DNA of 64,000 bases. Source: the human T2T-CHM13v2.0 reference genome, Homo sapiens. Below are positions 18,193-34,160 of this stretch, piece by piece. The stretch lies in NCBI RefSeq assembly GCF_009914755.1, contig NC_060937.1, one strand, 5' to 3'. The notes below the pieces were generated by a model. The model was not told where the DNA came from, ran no database searches, and was given only the letters and a program-made list of their open reading frames with translations. The translations under genes and the position numbers were made by a program. Position 1 is the first letter of the stretch. Each line of letters starts with the position of its first letter.

Positions 18193-20744
18193 GATCTGCT
18201 GCATTTTTAAGATGACTATCCTGGAAGACAACAGTTAATCCATCTCAGATTCAGAACAGTAGCAGCCAGGGGCATCCTCTGAATCACTGCTCTTTCCATT
18301 TACTGTTTCATTGTTTCTACTGAGCATTTTTCACATGCCTGCCACTGTAACTGGCTGGAGGAATATGGTGGTGAGTAGGATGACACAGACCATGCCCTCC
18401 CACTGTGTATAGAGCCAAGAACAATATTTAAATCTATATTATTCCTCTAATGATATCATCCCGATTTCTCCTACAGGGTGGTATTGATGAACACTCTCAT
18501 ATTGTTGAATTGCTTAGGCTGCCAGTTCAAGGGTGGTACTCATGTTTCTCTTGCCTGTGAGGGACTCTGGCTGTGTTGCAGATGGCATGGCTGATGCTAA
18601 TAACTAGGGCCCTGTCCAGCCTCCATGATCTTCTGGTGCATTGCTGTTCCTGCTACTTCCTTGTGGGTTCTTCCTCACCACTGCTTGGACAATATTCGTT
18701 TTTCTCTTTAATTTCCCTTTCTTTTTTCTTTTTTTCCCTGTATTTATATGACCTTTTAAAAGCACTTCCTGTATGCTAAATACTGTATGTGATAAAAATG
18801 AAAGTATTGTAGGTACTCTAAAAAAACAAAAATGTTTGAATCTTTATTCAAATAAGGAATTATTGATTATTCAGGGAATTTCTTGTGTCATAGGAAGAAG
18901 GACTTGCTAACTAACATTGATTAATGTGATGTGTCCTAACATAGGCCTGTGCAAGGTACAGTGGGATTCTGGAGCTTAGTTTTGCCTGAGGAATTGCCAA
19001 GGCTTCATAGGGAAAGTGGATATGTGTGTATCTCTGGGGAGAGACAGAGGGAGTCAGGGAAGTATAAAACCCACAACTATGCAAGGACAGGAAGCAGTGC
19101 TTAAGCATTAGTCAGTAAGAGTTAAATTACTAAAAAAACAAAAGCCAAGTCTGCAATACAAGGGCACTATCTGCAGACACAAAATAGTGCTATTTGTAAG
19201 AAAACTACTCCGAATTAAGACCTTGTGGCTCATCTTTTCCTTCCCCCTCTCGAGGGTCTTACTACTGACTGCTTAAGACAACCATTTCCAGGTATATTGT
19301 TTGTAATTCTCACCTGGTATATGGGTCCAATTAACCTCATGTTGAGACTTCATTTTATAGATTTTAAAAACACTGAAAATGTTGTCACTTGACTGTAATT
19401 TTAAAAATTCTAAATTGTGAAGGCTTTCACAGCCTTTGGATTAAGAGAAATGACCCAACTGATAAAAACTCCAAGGGGAGATGGCTGGAATAAATAATAC
19501 ACCTTGCTGATGCAAATAACTGCAAATAACTGGAATGGCGGTGAGTGTTTTGAAAGCAAGAGTGCCATTAAAAGCCCAAGGTGTTGAAATATAAAATAGC
19601 CATACCTCTTCTCTAGCCACTGATTGCTGAGTTGCTACAGCTGTGAGGAAAAAAAAAGTCCAGGTGTATGATTCAGCAAAGTTATTTGGGTCTGTTGTAC
19701 CAAGGTCATTAATGTGAGAACTGAGCTCCTTGGCAAGAGGGGACCAGAGGCTGGACAATACTGGACAACACCCAGCTTGAGTCTCTGAGTCTTGAAACCG
19801 CTGGCCACCTCAATTCACTTGCAGTTTCCACACAGTAGCATCTGTCTATCATGGAGAAACCCTGGAAACAAAAGATACACAGTGCATTGTAGAAGATTGG
19901 GTTTAGGTTATTTACTATATGTGGTTGGAATGCATTTGCTGGGAACCTCTCAGTTTGTTTTTATTACAAGTAATTAAAGAAATCTGATAATCATAGAGAA
20001 ATCAACTTTTAAAAAATCAGCTATGTTTTCTAAGAATCTCTGCAACATTTTCTGCGTTTGAAGCTTTTTTTTTTCTTTTTTTTCTCTTTAAACAAATGAC
20101 TATGAAAACTACATCCTGTTGCTCAAAGTTTTTCTATTAGTTTGCAGATCGCTAGGGGCTGCCTTCCTTCTGTTTGTATTGCTGTTGCAGGGTGTGATCT
20201 GTAGAAAAGTATTCCCTGGAAATTCAGGGCCTTCAAAACCCAGTGGGCTTCACTTCTCCCAGCCCCTACCCCAAGTTACTTCAGTTGTGGCAAAAATAAC
20301 AATTGTCCCCTGGGAAATGAAGCTCATTGCTATGGTAACTAATGAAGGTTGCATCATTCTAGGGCACATTTTTAAAAGCCTGATTTCAACATGGGTAGAC
20401 GCCCCGTCTTATTTTATTCAGTAGCTTAGCAACCTGTGGTATACTGTTTGTTGCCACCCCCAGCCTTCCCTTTTCTCTCAGAAAAATGACCTATATAGAT
20501 AGTGTTTTATTGTAGGCACGTTTCCACTGTGAATATAGTTCAGCTCTTAGGTGTGCTTATGATGACCTTATTTTCTGGACCAAAATTCAGGACATATTTT
20601 GTGTCTGTAAAGTAAAGAAGGATTATTCTTCTGCCTCTCTGCTGGCTTGTGCTAAGGTCTTTGCAGATGTTTTTCTCTTGACCACCCCTTAACTCTTGGT
20701 GTTTGTCTTTGTTGTTGGCCTTCTTTTCTTATTCTCTGGTAACT

Positions 20745-21592
20745 ACTCCTTATATGCTGATGTCTCCCAAATCTTAATTTTCAGCCCAGGTCTTACCCCT
20801 GAACTTCATGTAGACAGTTTTCTCTGCAACAGCCCTAACTGGATTTTCCCTGCACTCAGGGTGTTCAAGATGAACTCAACATTGCCTTCCACAAAAATCA
20901 CTTACTGATGAATGACACCACCATTCATATGACACCCTACATCCAGCCAGCCCCCAAGTCCTGATGCTTCTACTTCCTGACTGCTCTAAAATCTGTCCTC
21001 TCTCTTCTAGGCCTTCATCCTTTTTTACTTGGTTTGCTGCCTACATCCTCCAAACTGGTTACTTCAGGGTAACCCCGCCTTTTCCAGGCTGCCCCCAAAC
21101 AAACAAGAACAAGCGTGGTTTTGTGACCAGCTCCTCATCCTCAGCATCGGTGGCCTTCTGCCTGTTCTTTGTCCAGGCTGGATTCTCACGACTCCTGCTC
21201 GCCTTGCCTCCCTGGGCGGCAGAGGCAATGCTCCTGCAGAATGTGCTCCTACGCCCTCTCCACTTTCCTCTGCCAAATGCCTTTTCACCCTGCATTTCAG
21301 ACACCATTATTTCTGAGAAGCTTTGTTTAACCCTGCCTGAGCCCGGGCTCTGTAGTCAGAGTTAGATGCCCCCACGTGCCCCTATCACAGCATGGGCATC
21401 TCCATACCTTAGCTCTTACCTTGCTTTGTTGTAATGTTCTATGACCTGTCTCCCCCTGTGAGCTTCCTGACAACAGAGGTGGCACTTGTTTTTCTTTGTG
21501 GTTCCAGTGTGTTTCACATACCAGTACCTAGTAGGTGTTTGATAAATGTGTGTCGTGTAAATTAATGAATCAACAAGTCAATGAATGAATGT
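20745..21592 (+). mobile_element. L2 LINE 3' region
   Basis: tatatgctgatgtctcccaaatc...gtacctagtaggtgtttgataaatgt...(aatg)n terminus. Confidence 0.7.
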
Positions 21593-21801
21593 ATATAAGT
21601 GCACTTGTGAGGCAGTGGGGGAGAATTCCTAACTTCTAGAGTTTAGTAGTCTTGGAAAATCCAAGTTGTCAGAACCTGTTGTTCACTATCTGCATCACTA
21701 TAAGCAGACTCCTAAAGATTGCTAGAATATAGCACAAAGGATATGTCTTTGCAGGCTAGGATGGGTAGGGGCATGAACCTGGTGTGGTGCTTTGCCATAT
21801 C

Positions 21802-22123
21802 CAGTTGGCCCTTCTTATCTGTGGGTTCTGCATCCATGGATTCAACAAAACTTGGATGGAAAGTATTTGGGGGAAGTGGGGAGGAAGGATGGTTGTATCT
21901 GCACTGAATGCGTATAGACTTTTTTTCCTTTATTATTTCCTGAACAATACAGTATAACAGCTGTTTACATACCATTTACATAGTGTTAGGTATTATAAGT
22001 AATTTAGAGATTAAAGCCTACGAGAGGATGTATGTAGGTCATATGCAAATACTGTACCATTTTATATTAGAGACTTGAGCATACAAAATCTGGGGGAGAT
22101 CCTGGAACCAGTCCCCATGGATA
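21802..22123. mobile_element. MER2 (TcMar-Tigger MITE)
   Basis: cagttggcccttcttatctgtgggttctgcatccatggattcaac...cctggaaccagtccccatggata. Confidence 0.85.
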
Positions 22124-22789
22124 CAGTCATGTGTCACCTAACAGTGGGGATACATTCTGAGACATATGTCATTAGGCAGTTTAGTCATTGTGTGATTGCC
22201 ATAGAATGTACTCACACAAAACTATATGGTCTACCCACTACGTCCCTAGGCTGTATGATATATATAGCCTGTCATTCCTAGGCGACAAATTTGTGTATCA
22301 TGTAACTATACTGAATAATGTAGGCAACTGTAACACAAATGGTGAGTATGTGTGTATCTAAACATAAAAAGCGTAAGGTAAAAATATGGTATTAGAATCT
22401 TAGGGGGACTAGGTTCAGTGGCTCATGCCTGTAATCCCAGCTCTTTGGGAGGCCAAGGCAGGAGGATCACTTGAGGCCGGGAGTTCCATACCAGCCTGGG
22501 AAACACAGTGAGACCTCCGTCTCTATAAAATTTTTTAAAAAATTAGCCAGGTATGGTGGTGAGCATCTGTAGTTTAGCTACTTGGGATGCTGAGGTGGGA
22601 AGATCACTATTTGAGTTCAGTAGTTCAAAGTGACAGTGAGCTATGATTGTGTCACTGCCTTCCTGCCTGGGCAACAAAGCAAGACCATGTCTCTCTCTTA
22701 AAAAAAAAAAAAAAAAAAAAACCTTATGGGACCACCATTATATATGTGGTCCAATGTTGACTGAAACATTGTTATGCAGCCCATGACTA
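22124..22789. mobile_element. Tigger3a/MER7-type DNA transposon, interrupted by AluJ
   Basis: Terminal inverted repeats cagtcatg...catgact, preceded by TA. Confidence 0.8.
22406..22721 (+). mobile_element. AluJ nested in Tigger3a
   Basis: J-type dimer with poly(A); imperfect TSD aatcttaggg / aaccttatggg. Confidence 0.88.
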
Positions 22790-23552
22790 TGTATGTGTAT
22801 GCATGTATACACACACACACGAGTCAGTTTAGCAACTGTGTCTGATAAAACTACTGCCAGCTTATGTGTGTCAGCACAGTTTAAAACAAGAAAGTCAAAT
22901 ACAAACTAAAAAATTGGGATCTCAGAAAGGGAGCATATGATTCCCTGCTTAGTTGAACATGTGAGTCCCCCTCTGCCTGATCAGACTGGCTACTGTGCTG
23001 AGTGCTGTCCCTGAGGTCGCACTTGTCCTGGTTAAGGTTGTAACTGAGGCAGGCACTGAATTTAGTCCTTTGGAGAGAGTTGGGGTGAGATGGGAGGCAC
23101 GTGGGAATTCCCTGCCCGTCAGTATTTCTTTAGGAAATAAGGGCTGGAGCTGTGCAATTAAGGATTCATAGTTCCCTCCCATCATCTTATGCAGCACAGT
23201 GTATAGACTTCTCAGTATCAACCTAGCTTCCTTGCTGCCTTTTTGCACTAGATGTCTGTCCAGGTGCAGTCAGAGGACTTTCTGACAGTGGACAGGTAGG
23301 TTGGGGTGGCCATGGCCATAGGGAGAGATTTTTGATTGATTCTTTTAATCTTTCACAAACAATGAGCACCACTTTTGGGCCTGATGTAGTGCTTGACCTT
23401 GGGGCAAATATCAAATATGGTAAAATGTGGTTCCTTCTCTGCTTGCATTTATAGCCCAGTCAAGGAGCAAACCAGCACTGATCCTAGTAGAACTTTGATA
23501 TAAACACCACAATTTATCAAACATCCGTTTTAACCTTAAGGAAGCAATTTTG

Positions 23553-23681
23553 GGGCTAGGGGAGGGAACTTGAGGATGGGTCAGTAGGTACAGCAGACTA
23601 CCATGGCACACTTATACCTATGTAACAAACCTGCACGTTCTGCACATGTATCCCGGAACTTAAAGTAAAATAAAATAAAAA
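23553..23681 (+). mobile_element. Severely 5'-truncated older L1PA 3' end
   Basis: ccatggcacacttatacctatgtaacaaacctgcacgttctgcacatgtatcccggaacttaaagtaaaa; flanking repeat aa(g/t)caattttg. Confidence 0.85.
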
Positions 23682-23798
23682 TCAATTTTGTTTTAGGTCT
23701 ACAGAATAGGGCTGATATTTAAAAGTAATTTTAACCTGTTGAAATGTGATCAGCTGTATCCAACACAGAATGAAATTATGCTGTTTTTAAATAGCTCA

Positions 23799-24133
<335 letters not shown>

Positions 24134-24684
24134 CTATGGGCTACTTCATCTTGGTATTTTTAGATGAGCATTGTCTTCTCCCAGTGTTGGTTTGTGCCTC
24201 GTGCTGGGAGCTTAGGAGAGAGGAAGAGGCAGGGAGAGAAGAAAACAGCACGTGCAAGATGGACTGTGCGGTGCATTTGGCCCTGTCCTGTTACTGCGAA
24301 CCCAGGGCTTTATGTGGGGGATGAAAGGACACTTTCCCTGCATTTCAGCGGTCAGACTTTTTTTTTTTTTTTAAATACTTTAAGTTTTAGGGTATATGTG
24401 CACAACATGCAGGTTTGTTACATATGTATACATGTGCCATGTTGGTGTGCTGCACCCGTTAACTCGTAATTTAACATTAGGTATATCTCCTAATGCTATC
24501 CCTCCCCCGACCCCCTACCCCACAATAGGCCCCAGCCCTGGTGTGTGATGTTCCCCTTCCTGTGTCCAAGTGTTCTCGTTGTTCAATTCCCACCTATGAG
24601 TGAGAACATGCAGTGTTTGGTTTTTTGTCCTTGCAATAGTTTGCTGAGAATGATGGTTTCCAGCTTCATTCATGTCCCTACAAA

Positions 24685-27379
<2,695 letters not shown>

Positions 27380-27442
27380 TATGATGTTAGCTGGTTATTT
27401 TGCTCATTAGTTGATGCAGTTTCTTCCTAGCCTCGATGGTCT

Positions 27443-28456
27443 TTACAATTTGGCATGTCTTTGCAGTGGCTGGTATTGGTTGTTCCTTTCCATGCTTAGT
27501 GCTTCCTTCAGGAGCTCTTTTAGGGCAGGCCTGGTGGTGACAAAATCTCTCAGCATTTGCTTGTCTGTAAAGGATTTTATTTCTCCTTCACTTATGAAGC
27601 TTAGTTTGGCTGGATATGAAATTCTGGGTTGAAAATTCTTTTCTTTAAGAGTGTTGAATATTGGCCCCCACTCTCTTCTGGCTTGCAGAGTTTGTGCCGA
27701 GAGATCCGCTGTTAGTCTGATGGGCTTCCCTTTGTGAGTAACCCGACCTTTCTCTCTGGCTGCCCTTAACATTTTTTCCTTCATTTCAACTTTGGTGAAT
27801 CTGATAATTATGTGTCTTGGAGTTGCTCGTCTCGAGGAGTATCTTTGTGGTGTTCTCTGTATTTCCTGAATGTGAATGTTGGCCTGCCTTGCTAGATTGG
27901 GGAAGTTCTCCTGGATAATATCCTGCACAGTGTTTTCCAACTTGGTTCCATTCTCCCCGTCACTTTCAGGTACACCAATCAGACGTAGATTTGGTCTTTT
28001 CACATAGTCCCATATTTCTTGGAGGCTTTGTTTGTTTCTTTTTATTCTTTTTTCTCTAAACTGCTCTTCTTGCTTCATTTCATTCACTTGATCTTCCATC
28101 ACTGATACTCTTTCTTCCAGTTGATCGAATCGGCTACTGAGGCTTGTGCATTTGTCACGTAGTTCTCGTGCCGTGGTTTTCAGCTCCATCAGGTCCTTTA
28201 AGGACTACTCTGCATTGGTTATTCTAGTTAGCCATTCGTCTAATCTTTTTTCAAGGTTTTTAACTTCTTTGCCATGGGTTCGAACTTCCTCCTTTAGCTC
28301 GGAAAAGTTTGATCATCTGAAGCCTTCTCTCAACTCGTCAAAGTCATTCTCCGTCCAGCTTTATTCCATTGCTGGTGAGGAGCTGCGTTCCTTTGGAGGA
28401 GAAGAGGCACTCTGATTTTTAGAATTTTCAGTATTTCTGCTCTGTTTTTTCCCCAT
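27443..28456 (-). pseudogene. L1 ORF1p, disabled by two in-frame nonsense changes
   Basis: ATG GGG AAA AAA CAG at 28456, in frame with the 27443 stop. TAA near 28362 and TAG near 28208. The C-terminal 248 aa remain open. Confidence 0.9.
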
Positions 28457-29033
28457 CTTTGTGGTTTTGTCTACCTTTGTTCTTTGATGATGGTGACGTA
28501 CAGATGGGGTTTTGGTGTGCATGTCCTTTCTGTTTGTTAGCTTTTCTTCCTTCTAACAGTCAGGACCCTCAGCTGCGGGTCTGTTGGAGTTTGCCAGAGG
28601 TCCACTCCAGACCCTGTTTGCCTGGGTATCAGCAGCAGAGGCTGCAGAGCAGTGAATATTGGTGAACAGCAAATGTTGCTGCCTGATCGTTCCTCTGGAA
28701 GTTTTGTCTCAGAGGAGTACCTGGCCGTGTGAGGTGTCAGTCTGCCCCTACTGGGGGGTGCCTCCCAGTTAGGCTACTTGGGGGCCAGGGACCCACTTGA
28801 GGAGGCAGTCTGTCCGTTCTCAGATCTCAAGCTGTGTGCTGGGAGAACCACTACTCTCTTCAAGGCTGTCAGACAGGGACATGTAAGTCTGCAGAGGTTT
28901 CTGCTGCCTTTTGTTTGGCTATGCCCTGCCCCCAGAGGTGGAGTCTACAGAGGCAGACGCCTCCTTGAGCTGTGGTGGGCTTCACCCAGTTTGAGCTTCC
29001 TGGCCACTTTGTTTACCTACTCAACCCTAGGCA

Positions 29034-29216
29034 ATGCCAGGCGCCCCTCCCCCAGCCTCGCTGCTGCCTTGCATTTTGATCTCAGACTGCTGTGCTAGCA
29101 GTGAGCAAGGCTCCGTGGGCGTAGGACCCTCCGAGCCAGGCGCGGGATACAATCTCCTAGTGTGCCGTTTGCTAAGACTGTCGGAAAAGCACAGTATTAG
29201 GGTGGGAGTGACCTGA
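29034..29216 (+). other. L1 ORF0 homolog (60 aa, prematurely stopped) in the L1 antisense-promoter region
   Basis: MPGAPPPASLLPCILISDCCASSEQGSVGVGPSEPGAGYNLL matches the primate L1 ORF0 sequence; TGA replaces the consensus CGA after RVGVT. Confidence 0.85.
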
Positions 29217-29929
29217 TTTTCCATGTGCCATCTTTCACCCCTTTCCTTGGCTAGTAAAGGGATTCCCTGACCCCTTGTGCTTCCCGGGTGAGGTGATGCC
29301 TTGCCCTGCTTCAGCTCACACTCGGTGTGCTGCACCCACTGTCCTGCACTCACTGTCCGACAATCCCCAGTGAGATGAACCTGGTACCTCAGGTGGAAAT
29401 GCAGAAATCATTCGCCTTCTGCGTCGCTCACGGTAGGAGCTGTAGACTGGAGCTGTTCCTGATCGGCCATCTTGGCTCCACCCAGACTTTTTTTCCCCCA
29501 ATACCCTAACCTCTGCGGGCTTAATATGACTCGTAACCATAGTTGTCATTTTCTGAAAATTTTCTTCAGGGAAAAATGTTTTTCATGTTGCTTTTAAAAT
29601 AACAATTTTCAGAAAAATTAAAACTTACTTCTAAGGCTTTGTATAGTAAAATTCACATTCATTTAGGAAATTCCTAACCATCCATATGGCACTTTTGATC
29701 TCTAAGATGCAGAACCTTTTTTTTCTTTTTTAAGCTGCTTTTGTACCTCAGGAGATAAGAGAACAGATATTTTTATATACTGTACTTTTATTTTTAGGTG
29801 TAAAGATTTATCAATTGCCTTCAATACAAGTTGGTATAAGGAGGGTAGTAAATTTAGTGAAGAGAGCTCTATTTAATAGGGTATTGTAAAGATTAAATAT
29901 ATATGTAAAGTGTTTTGGGGGCTGTAATT

Positions 29930-32900
29930 TCTTTAGAAATATTTGTTATTAGAAACACAGATGGTTTCTGTTTGCTGATCTTGCACCTTGTAACTTGGCT
30001 TAATTAATTTAATTAGCTTCAGTCGTTTTTTCTTGAGTGGATTATTTAGGATTTTCTATAAGTAGAATTATGTCATCTTCCAATAGAAATAGTTTTACAT
30101 GTCTCTTTCCAGTTTGGATGCCTTTTATTTCTTTTATTTGGCTAATTACTCTGGCTGGGACTTCCAATAATGTTGAATAGCAGTGATGAAATTGAGCATC
30201 CTTATTACTGATTTTAGGGAGTATGTTTTCACTTTTTATTGAGTATGATGTTAAGTGTGGATTTTTCATGAATATCCTTTATTAGATTAAGGAAATTTTC
30301 TTCTATTCCTAGTATGCTATGTTTTTTTTTCATGAAAGATTGTTGAATTTTGTCAAATGCATTTTCTGTGTCTGTTGAGGGGTGTGTGTGTGTGTTCATT
30401 CTATTAATGTGCCGTATCACATTGATTGATTTCTCTTATATTGAACTACCCTTGCATTCCTGGGATAAATCACACTCAGTCATGGTATATAATCGTTTTA
30501 ATGTGCTGTTGAACTTGGCTTACTAGTATTTTGTTGTGCAGTTTTGAATCTGTCTTCATGAAGATTTAAGTCTGTAGTTTTCTTGTGGTATCTTTGTCCA
30601 GCTTTCATAGAATGTGTTATAAAGTATTTTCTCCTCTTCCATTTTTCTGAAGTTTGAATAGGATTGTTGTTCATTCTCCTTTAAGTGTTTGATTGACTTT
30701 GCCAGTGAAGCCGTCTGGTTTTGCACTTTTCTTTGTTGAGAAGTTTTTGATTATTGATTCAATCTCTACTTGTAATAGGTTTGTTGAGATTATCCATTTC
30801 TTCTTGAGTCAGTATTGGTAGATTGTATGTTTCTAGGAATTTGTTTATTTAATCTAGATTATCTAATTGGCTGGCATATAAATTTTCTCCTATAATCCTT
30901 TAAATTTCTGTTTAGCTAAAGGTTTGTTACTTTTGCTGATCTTTTCAAAGAACTGACCTTTTGTTTCATTGATTCTCTATCTTTCCCTTTTTTTTTTTTT
31001 TTTTCCTGCTCTAATCTTTGTTATTTCCTTCCTTTGCTGGCTTTGGGTTTAGTTTGCTTTTCCTTAAGGTATAAAATTAGGTTATTGATTTGTGATCTTC
31101 TTTTTTAATATAGGCATTTATAGCTATACATTTCTTCCTGAGTACTGCTTTCACAGCCCCCAATACATTTTAATGTGTTGTGCTTTTGTTTTCATTCATC
31201 TGGAAGTATTTTCTAATTTTCTTAGTAACTTCTTCCCCAGTTCTTTTTGTTATTGATTTTAGCCTTATTCCTTTATACGTGGAGAAGATACTTTGTATGA
31301 TTTCAATTTTAAAATTTATTAAGAATTGTTTTACAGCCTAACAGCTGAGCAATCCTAGAGAATGTTCCATGTGTACTTCAGAAAAACATGTATGTTCTGT
31401 TGTTGTTAGTTGGAGTGTTGTTTATATATCATTAGATCTAGTTGGTTTGTAGTGTTGTTCAAGTCTTCTGTTTCCTTATATGTATGGATGTTCTATCTTT
31501 TATTGTAAGTGAAAGTCTCCAATTATTGTAGAACTCTCTATTTCTCCCTTCAGTTCTGTCAGTGCTTACTTTTCATGTATTAATATTTTAGGGGCTCTGT
31601 TCTTTGGAGTATATATATTTGCAATTATTATTTTTTTGATGAATTGACCCTTTTGTCAATACATAGTGTCCTTGTCTCTTGTAATAAGTTTTGACTCAAA
31701 ACCTATTTTTTCTGTTATCACTATACCCACCTAGCTCTCTTTTGGTTACTATTTGAATGGAATGTCTTTTTTATTGTTTCATTTTCAACCTATTTGTGTC
31801 TTTGGGTTTAAAGTAGTCTCATTTAAGTAGCAAAAAGTTGGACCATATTTTTTTAAAATCCATTCTACCAGTGTCTGTTTTTGTGAGTTTAATCCATTTA
31901 TATTTAAAGTGATTACTGATAAGTAAAGACTTCTGCCATTTCACTATTTATTTTTTATGTCTTAAATCTCTTTGTTTTTTGTTTCTCAATTTCTCCACTA
32001 TTGCCTTCTTCTACGTTTGATTTTTTCTCATGTACCATTTTGATTCCCTTATTTTTCTCTTCTGTATACCTAAATTTATATAATCTAGTTTGAATTGATA
32101 TCAATTTATTTTTACTAGTGTACATTAACTCTGCTCCTAGTTAGCTCTGTTCCTACCCCTTTTGTTGCCCATTTACATAGACTTAAAATTCTTGTTTTAT
32201 GCATATGTCTGTTAATCCATTTAGGAAACAGAAAGAGGAGTTATAAACAAAATATACAGTGATACTTACTTTTATATTTACTCGTGTGGTGACCTTTACC
32301 AGTAATCTTTAATTCTTGTATGGCTTCAGGTTACCATCTAGTGTCCTTTTGTTTCAGCCTGAAAAACTCCTTTTAACATTTCTTATAAGGAAGATCTACT
32401 AGTAATGAATTTCATTAGCTTTTGTTTATCTGAGAATGTCTTAATTTCCCCTTCATTTGGAAGGATAGTGCAGCTAGATAGAGAATTCATCTGTCTTACT
32501 ATAGGAATTCCATATTGCATATGTTGGTACACTTGATGATGTCCCATAGGTCTCTTACGCTCTGTTTGTTATTCTTTATTCTTTTTTCTTTCTTCTTCTC
32601 AGACTGGGAAATTTCAGTTGTCCCATCTTCAGGTTTGCTGTCTCTTCTGACTCTCAAACCTGCTGTTGAGCCTCATTATGGAATTTTTCATTTCAGCTAT
32701 TGTACTTTTCAATTCCAGAATTTCTCTTTGATTCCCTTTTGAAATTTCTGTCTCTTTATTGATACTCCCCATTTGTTCATACAACCTTGTCCTGATTTCC
32801 TTTGTTCTTTGTCTTTTTAAAACTGTTAAAGTCTTGGTATAGTAAGCCTGTTTTAGCTTCTTCATGGATGGTTTCTGTCAATTTCTTTTTTTCTGTTTTC

Positions 32901-33480
32901 TGTGAATTTCTGTCAATTTTCTGTGAATTTTTCTGTCAGTTTATTTGTTTTTCTTTTCCTTTTTCTTTGTATACTTTGCAATTTTTGTTAAGAACTGGAC
33001 GTTTTGAATATTATAATGCAGTAATTCTGGAAGTCATATAATTCTCCCTCTCCAGAGGTTGCTGTTCTTACTTGTTGAGTGCTGTAGTTATCCATTTGTT
33101 TAGTGACTTTTCTAAACTATTTTTGCAAATACTATATTCCTTGTTGTATGTGATCACTGAGGTCTCTGTTCTGTTATGTCTAAAGTCAGCCAGTGATTTC
33201 CTTAAATGCCTGCGTCCGATAAGGATAAAAAAGTTTCTGTCTCTAATTTCTTTTGAAAGACACTGCTTGGGAAGCCCTTCAGCCCTAAGGGTTTGAAACA
33301 ATAGCCAGCCTTTGCTTAAATCTCTCAATGAATTTCCAGACAAATCAAACACAACCCCTACAAACTGTGGAGGACAATGTTCGCTTCCTGGTACAAGCAG
33401 GCCACTCAAGGAACATGAGCCGCAATCTCCATGGCTGCCTGCCGTAGGGATGGGGCTGACAGTTCTTGCCAGCTTAGTAG
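29930..33480 (-). mobile_element. Ancient L1M element (ORF1/ORF2 remnants)
   Basis: Degenerate RT peptides (30042-30420) and an ORF1-like peptide (32629-32865); boundaries approximate. Confidence 0.8.
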
Positions 33481-33835
33481 TTGATTTAGTGGAGGGACTG
33501 ATTTTGGAGTGTCTTAGTCCACCATCTTCTGTGATATTACTCTGGTATTGATTCTTATTGAGGTAATAATCTCAATAAAACAATTTTGTATTAACATGTA
33601 TTGTAAAAAGAACTTGCTTAAGAGAAGAGTGAATGCCGATATGCGTATCGCTATATTAGCAGTATGTGTATGCATAGATTTAATTCTTATAAGTTATTTA
33701 CCATTGTATCTGTTCACCTCACAAATTAATATAATTGACCAAAAAGACTGAATTTTGCATGTATATGCAAACTTAACATCATAACTTAAATGTTCTTTCT
33801 TTATTATATCTGTAGTTGGTCTAGTCTTTTTCCTA

Positions 33836-34160
33836 CTAATTATTTATTTATTTATTTTTAAATTAATTTACTGTTTTTGAGACAGAGTCTTGCTCTGTCG
33901 CCCAGGCAGGAGTGTAATGGCGCCATCTTGGCTCAATGCAACCTCTCCCTCCCAGGTTCAAGTGATTCTCCTGCCTTAACCTCCTGAGTAGCTGGGATTA
34001 TGGGCGTCCACCACTGCACCCTGCTAATTTTTGTATTTTTAGTAGAGACGGGGTTTTGTCATGTTGGCCAGGCTGGTTTCGAACTCCTGACCTCAGGTGA
34101 TCTGCCCACCTTGGCCTCCCAAGGTGCTGGGATTACAGGTGTGAGCCACCGCGCACAGCC
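33836..34160 (-). mobile_element. AluSx-like
   Basis: Full antisense dimer. Confidence 0.93.

Noticed and set aside
20119-20424. 101-aa ORF with a signal-peptide-like N-terminus as a standalone gene
   Set aside because: Starts at TTG and the hydrophobic stretch is just the pyrimidine tract; kept only as a candidate pseudoexon.
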